Part shown: positions 30,033-32,000 of the stretch, piece by piece
Position numbering within the stretch: position 1 is the first letter of the stretch
Layout: every line of letters starts with the position of its first letter
NCBI RefSeq assembly: GCF_000008385.1
Contig: NC_006833.1
Span: 240,001-272,000, forward strand
Origin: Wolbachia endosymbiont strain TRS of Brugia malayi
GTDB taxonomy: Bacteria; Pseudomonadota; Alphaproteobacteria; Rickettsiales; Anaplasmataceae
DNA: 32,000 nucleotides
Reading direction: 5' to 3'
The notes under the pieces: generated by a model
What the model was told of the DNA's origin: nothing
Databases searched by the model: none
What the model saw: only the letters and a program-made list of their open reading frames with translations
Position numbers and translations under genes: made by a program

Positions 30033-31730
30033 ATGAATATTTTTAAACGGATTTCCTCCTTAATTTTGAGCAAATTAGATAAGTTGAAGCAAGGGGTATC
30101 AAGTGTAACAAATTTTATTGTGGAGCCTCCAAGCAATAGAGCACATGGTGATATTTACACAAATATTGCTATGGTGCTCGCAAAGCACGAAAAGAAGAAA
30201 CCTGTGGAAATTGCAGAGGTTTTAGCCAAAGAGTTTGCACTGTTTGATGAGATTGCAAGGGTAGAAATAGCTGGCCCTGGTTTCATTAATATGCACTTAA
30301 AAATAGAAGTATGGCATGGGATTTTAGAGCAAATAAACGAGCTAAAGACGGAGTTTGGCACTCTTAACATTGGAAATAACCAGGCTATCAATGTTGAATT
30401 TGTATCTGCAAATCCAACCGGCCCACTGCATATTGGTCATGCAAGAGGTGCAGTGTTTGGTGATGTTCTAACAAATTTACTAAAAAAAGTTGGTTATAGG
30501 GTCACTAAAGAGTACTACATTAATGATGCCGGAGCACAGATAGATACGCTAGTTCGGTCGGTGTATTTACGATATAAAGAAGCCCTGGGAGAAAAAATTA
30601 GCATTGAAAAAGGCTTATACCCTGGTGAATATTTAAAGCCAATAGGAGAGGAGCTAGCCAAAAAATACGGCAGAGAGCTTCTAGAAAAGCAAGATAATCG
30701 AGTAATTAGAGAATACACTTTAAGCTCTATCTTAGAACTAATAAAGGAAGGCATGAACTTGCTTGGAGTAAGTCATGATGTCTTTACTTCAGAGTATGAG
30801 CTACAAAAAAGTGGTAAGATCGAGAAAAGCATAAAGCTGTTGTCTGATAAGGGCTTAGTATATGAAGGATACCTAGAAAAACCAAAAAGTAAAGAGAGTG
30901 AAAACTGGACTTCCAGAAAAGAGATGTTATTTCGTTCTACAGAGTTTGGTGATGATGTTGATCGTGCACTGAAAAAAGAGGACGGCAGTTGGACTTATTT
31001 TGCCTCAGATATTGCTTACCATTTCGATAAGATATCACGTGGTTTCAACAATATGATAGTAGCACTCGGTAGTGATCATGGTGGCTACATCAAAAGGTTA
31101 AAAGCGGTTATCTCTGCGCTGAGTGATAATCAAGCAAAAATAGAGGTAAAACTTCATAACGTTGTGAATTTTTTTGAGAATGGAAAACCCGTTAAGATGT
31201 CTAAAAGATCAGGAAACTTCCTGACAGTAAGGGATGTGGTAGAAGAAGTCGGTAGGGATATTACTCGTTTTATAATGCTAACGCGCAAGAACGACATGGT
31301 TCTTGACTTTGATTTTACTAAAGTTAAAGAGCAATCAAAAGACAATCCTATTTTTTATGTGCAATATGCGCACGTTCGTGCTCATTCATTGATGCGCAAC
31401 GCTCCAAAAGAGCTCCCAAAAGCGAATCCTTCACTCCTAAAGACTAATGGAGAGCTCTTCCTCATAAAAACCTTGGCAAAGTGGCCAGATGTAGTAGAAA
31501 CTGCAGCAAGGCTTTGTGAGCCGCACAGAATCACTTTCTATTTGCTTGAAGTTGCAGAAGCATTTCACATTTTATGGGGTTATGGCAAGAGTGATTTAAA
31601 TATGCGGTTCATACTGGAGGACAACCCAAACCTCACCGCTGCAAGAATGTTTCTCGTACAAGCCTTAGTACACGTCATCGCTTCTGGACTTTCCATGTTT
31701 AACATAGAGCCTTTGGAAGAGATGAAGTAA
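30033..31730 (+). CDS. argS: Arginyl-tRNA synthetase
   Basis: 565 aa. VEFVSANPTGPLHIGHARGAVFGD, WTYFASDIAYH, KMSKRSGNFLTVRDVVEEVG, IFYVQYAHVRAHSLMR. Confidence 0.97.
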   Translation: MNIFKRISSLILSKLDKLKQGVSSVTNFIVEPPSNRAHGDIYTNIAMVLAKHEKKKPVEIAEVLAKEFALFDEIARVEIAGPGFINMHLKIEVWHGILEQINELKTEFGTLNIGNNQAINVEFVSANPTGPLHIGHARGAVFGDVLTNLLKKVGYRVTKEYYINDAGAQIDTLVRSVYLRYKEALGEKISIEKGLYPGEYLKPIGEELAKKYGRELLEKQDNRVIREYTLSSILELIKEGMNLLGVSHDVFTSEYELQKSGKIEKSIKLLSDKGLVYEGYLEKPKSKESENWTSRKEMLFRSTEFGDDVDRALKKEDGSWTYFASDIAYHFDKISRGFNNMIVALGSDHGGYIKRLKAVISALSDNQAKIEVKLHNVVNFFENGKPVKMSKRSGNFLTVRDVVEEVGRDITRFIMLTRKNDMVLDFDFTKVKEQSKDNPIFYVQYAHVRAHSLMRNAPKELPKANPSLLKTNGELFLIKTLAKWPDVVETAARLCEPHRITFYLLEVAEAFHILWGYGKSDLNMRFILEDNPNLTAARMFLVQALVHVIASGLSMFNIEPLEEMK

Positions 31731-32000
31731 ATAAAAAAATATAAAAAAACTCTAACCCACTTGTGTATTAAGCTGCAACCGTATAACGTTTCTCTTTCCT
31801 GCTGTTGATGATTATTTTACCTGTTGTAACTACTGCTAAAATAAAGCGATAATACACCTTGGGTTAATAAAGAAATAGGTGGCACGGAAGCTATACTACC
31901 TGCCAGCAATAGTTGAGAACCATAAGGTAAGATGTCTTTTATAGTAGAGTAAAAATATCCAGTAAGTATACACTCATTACAGTACAATATTATGCTCTGT

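Noticed and set aside
1-32000. Search for CRISPR arrays, tRNA/rRNA genes, toxin-antitoxin modules, cytoplasmic-incompatibility-type operons or retrons
   Set aside because: No regularly spaced identical repeats, no recognisable T-loop or acceptor pairs, and no paired small ORFs or deubiquitinase/nuclease-like genes were seen. A covariance-model scan (tRNAscan-SE, Infernal) would be needed to exclude RNAs firmly.

Overview
AT-rich, gene-sparse alphaproteobacterial endosymbiont DNA. Gene content and repeat style point to Wolbachia (inferred, no database search run). Intact housekeeping genes: secF, a retropepsin-like protease, a yidC-ribH-nusB-infA-maf cluster, dnaG, a fused rpiB-ubiG ORF, metG, an AGCS-family symporter, a Bcr/CflA-type MFS transporter, ubiE, an MsbA-like ABC exporter and argS. 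The accessory layer is mostly decayed: a nearly complete but frameshifted phage terminase large subunit (about 20290-21660), a frameshifted FtsW/RodA gene, a VirB2-like pilin relic, an XRE-type regulator relic, and a relic of a large-protein paralog. The main novelty candidate is the intact 913-aa protein at 6261-9002 (-). It has a structured N-terminal region, a long polar repeat-bearing middle with an SH3-ligand-like PPLPPHR motif, and a charged C-terminus. It shares a 212-bp tract, which I read as 100% identical, with a decayed paralog in opposite orientation about 9.8 kb away. This suggests recent gene conversion or duplication in a candidate effector family. Other notable points are a palindrome-bearing in-frame insertion in metG, a degenerate copy of the metG 3' end about 947 bp downstream, and a dispersed T-rich 60-bp repeat at four or five loci. 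I found no tRNA, rRNA or CRISPR array, and no complete defence or toxin system.
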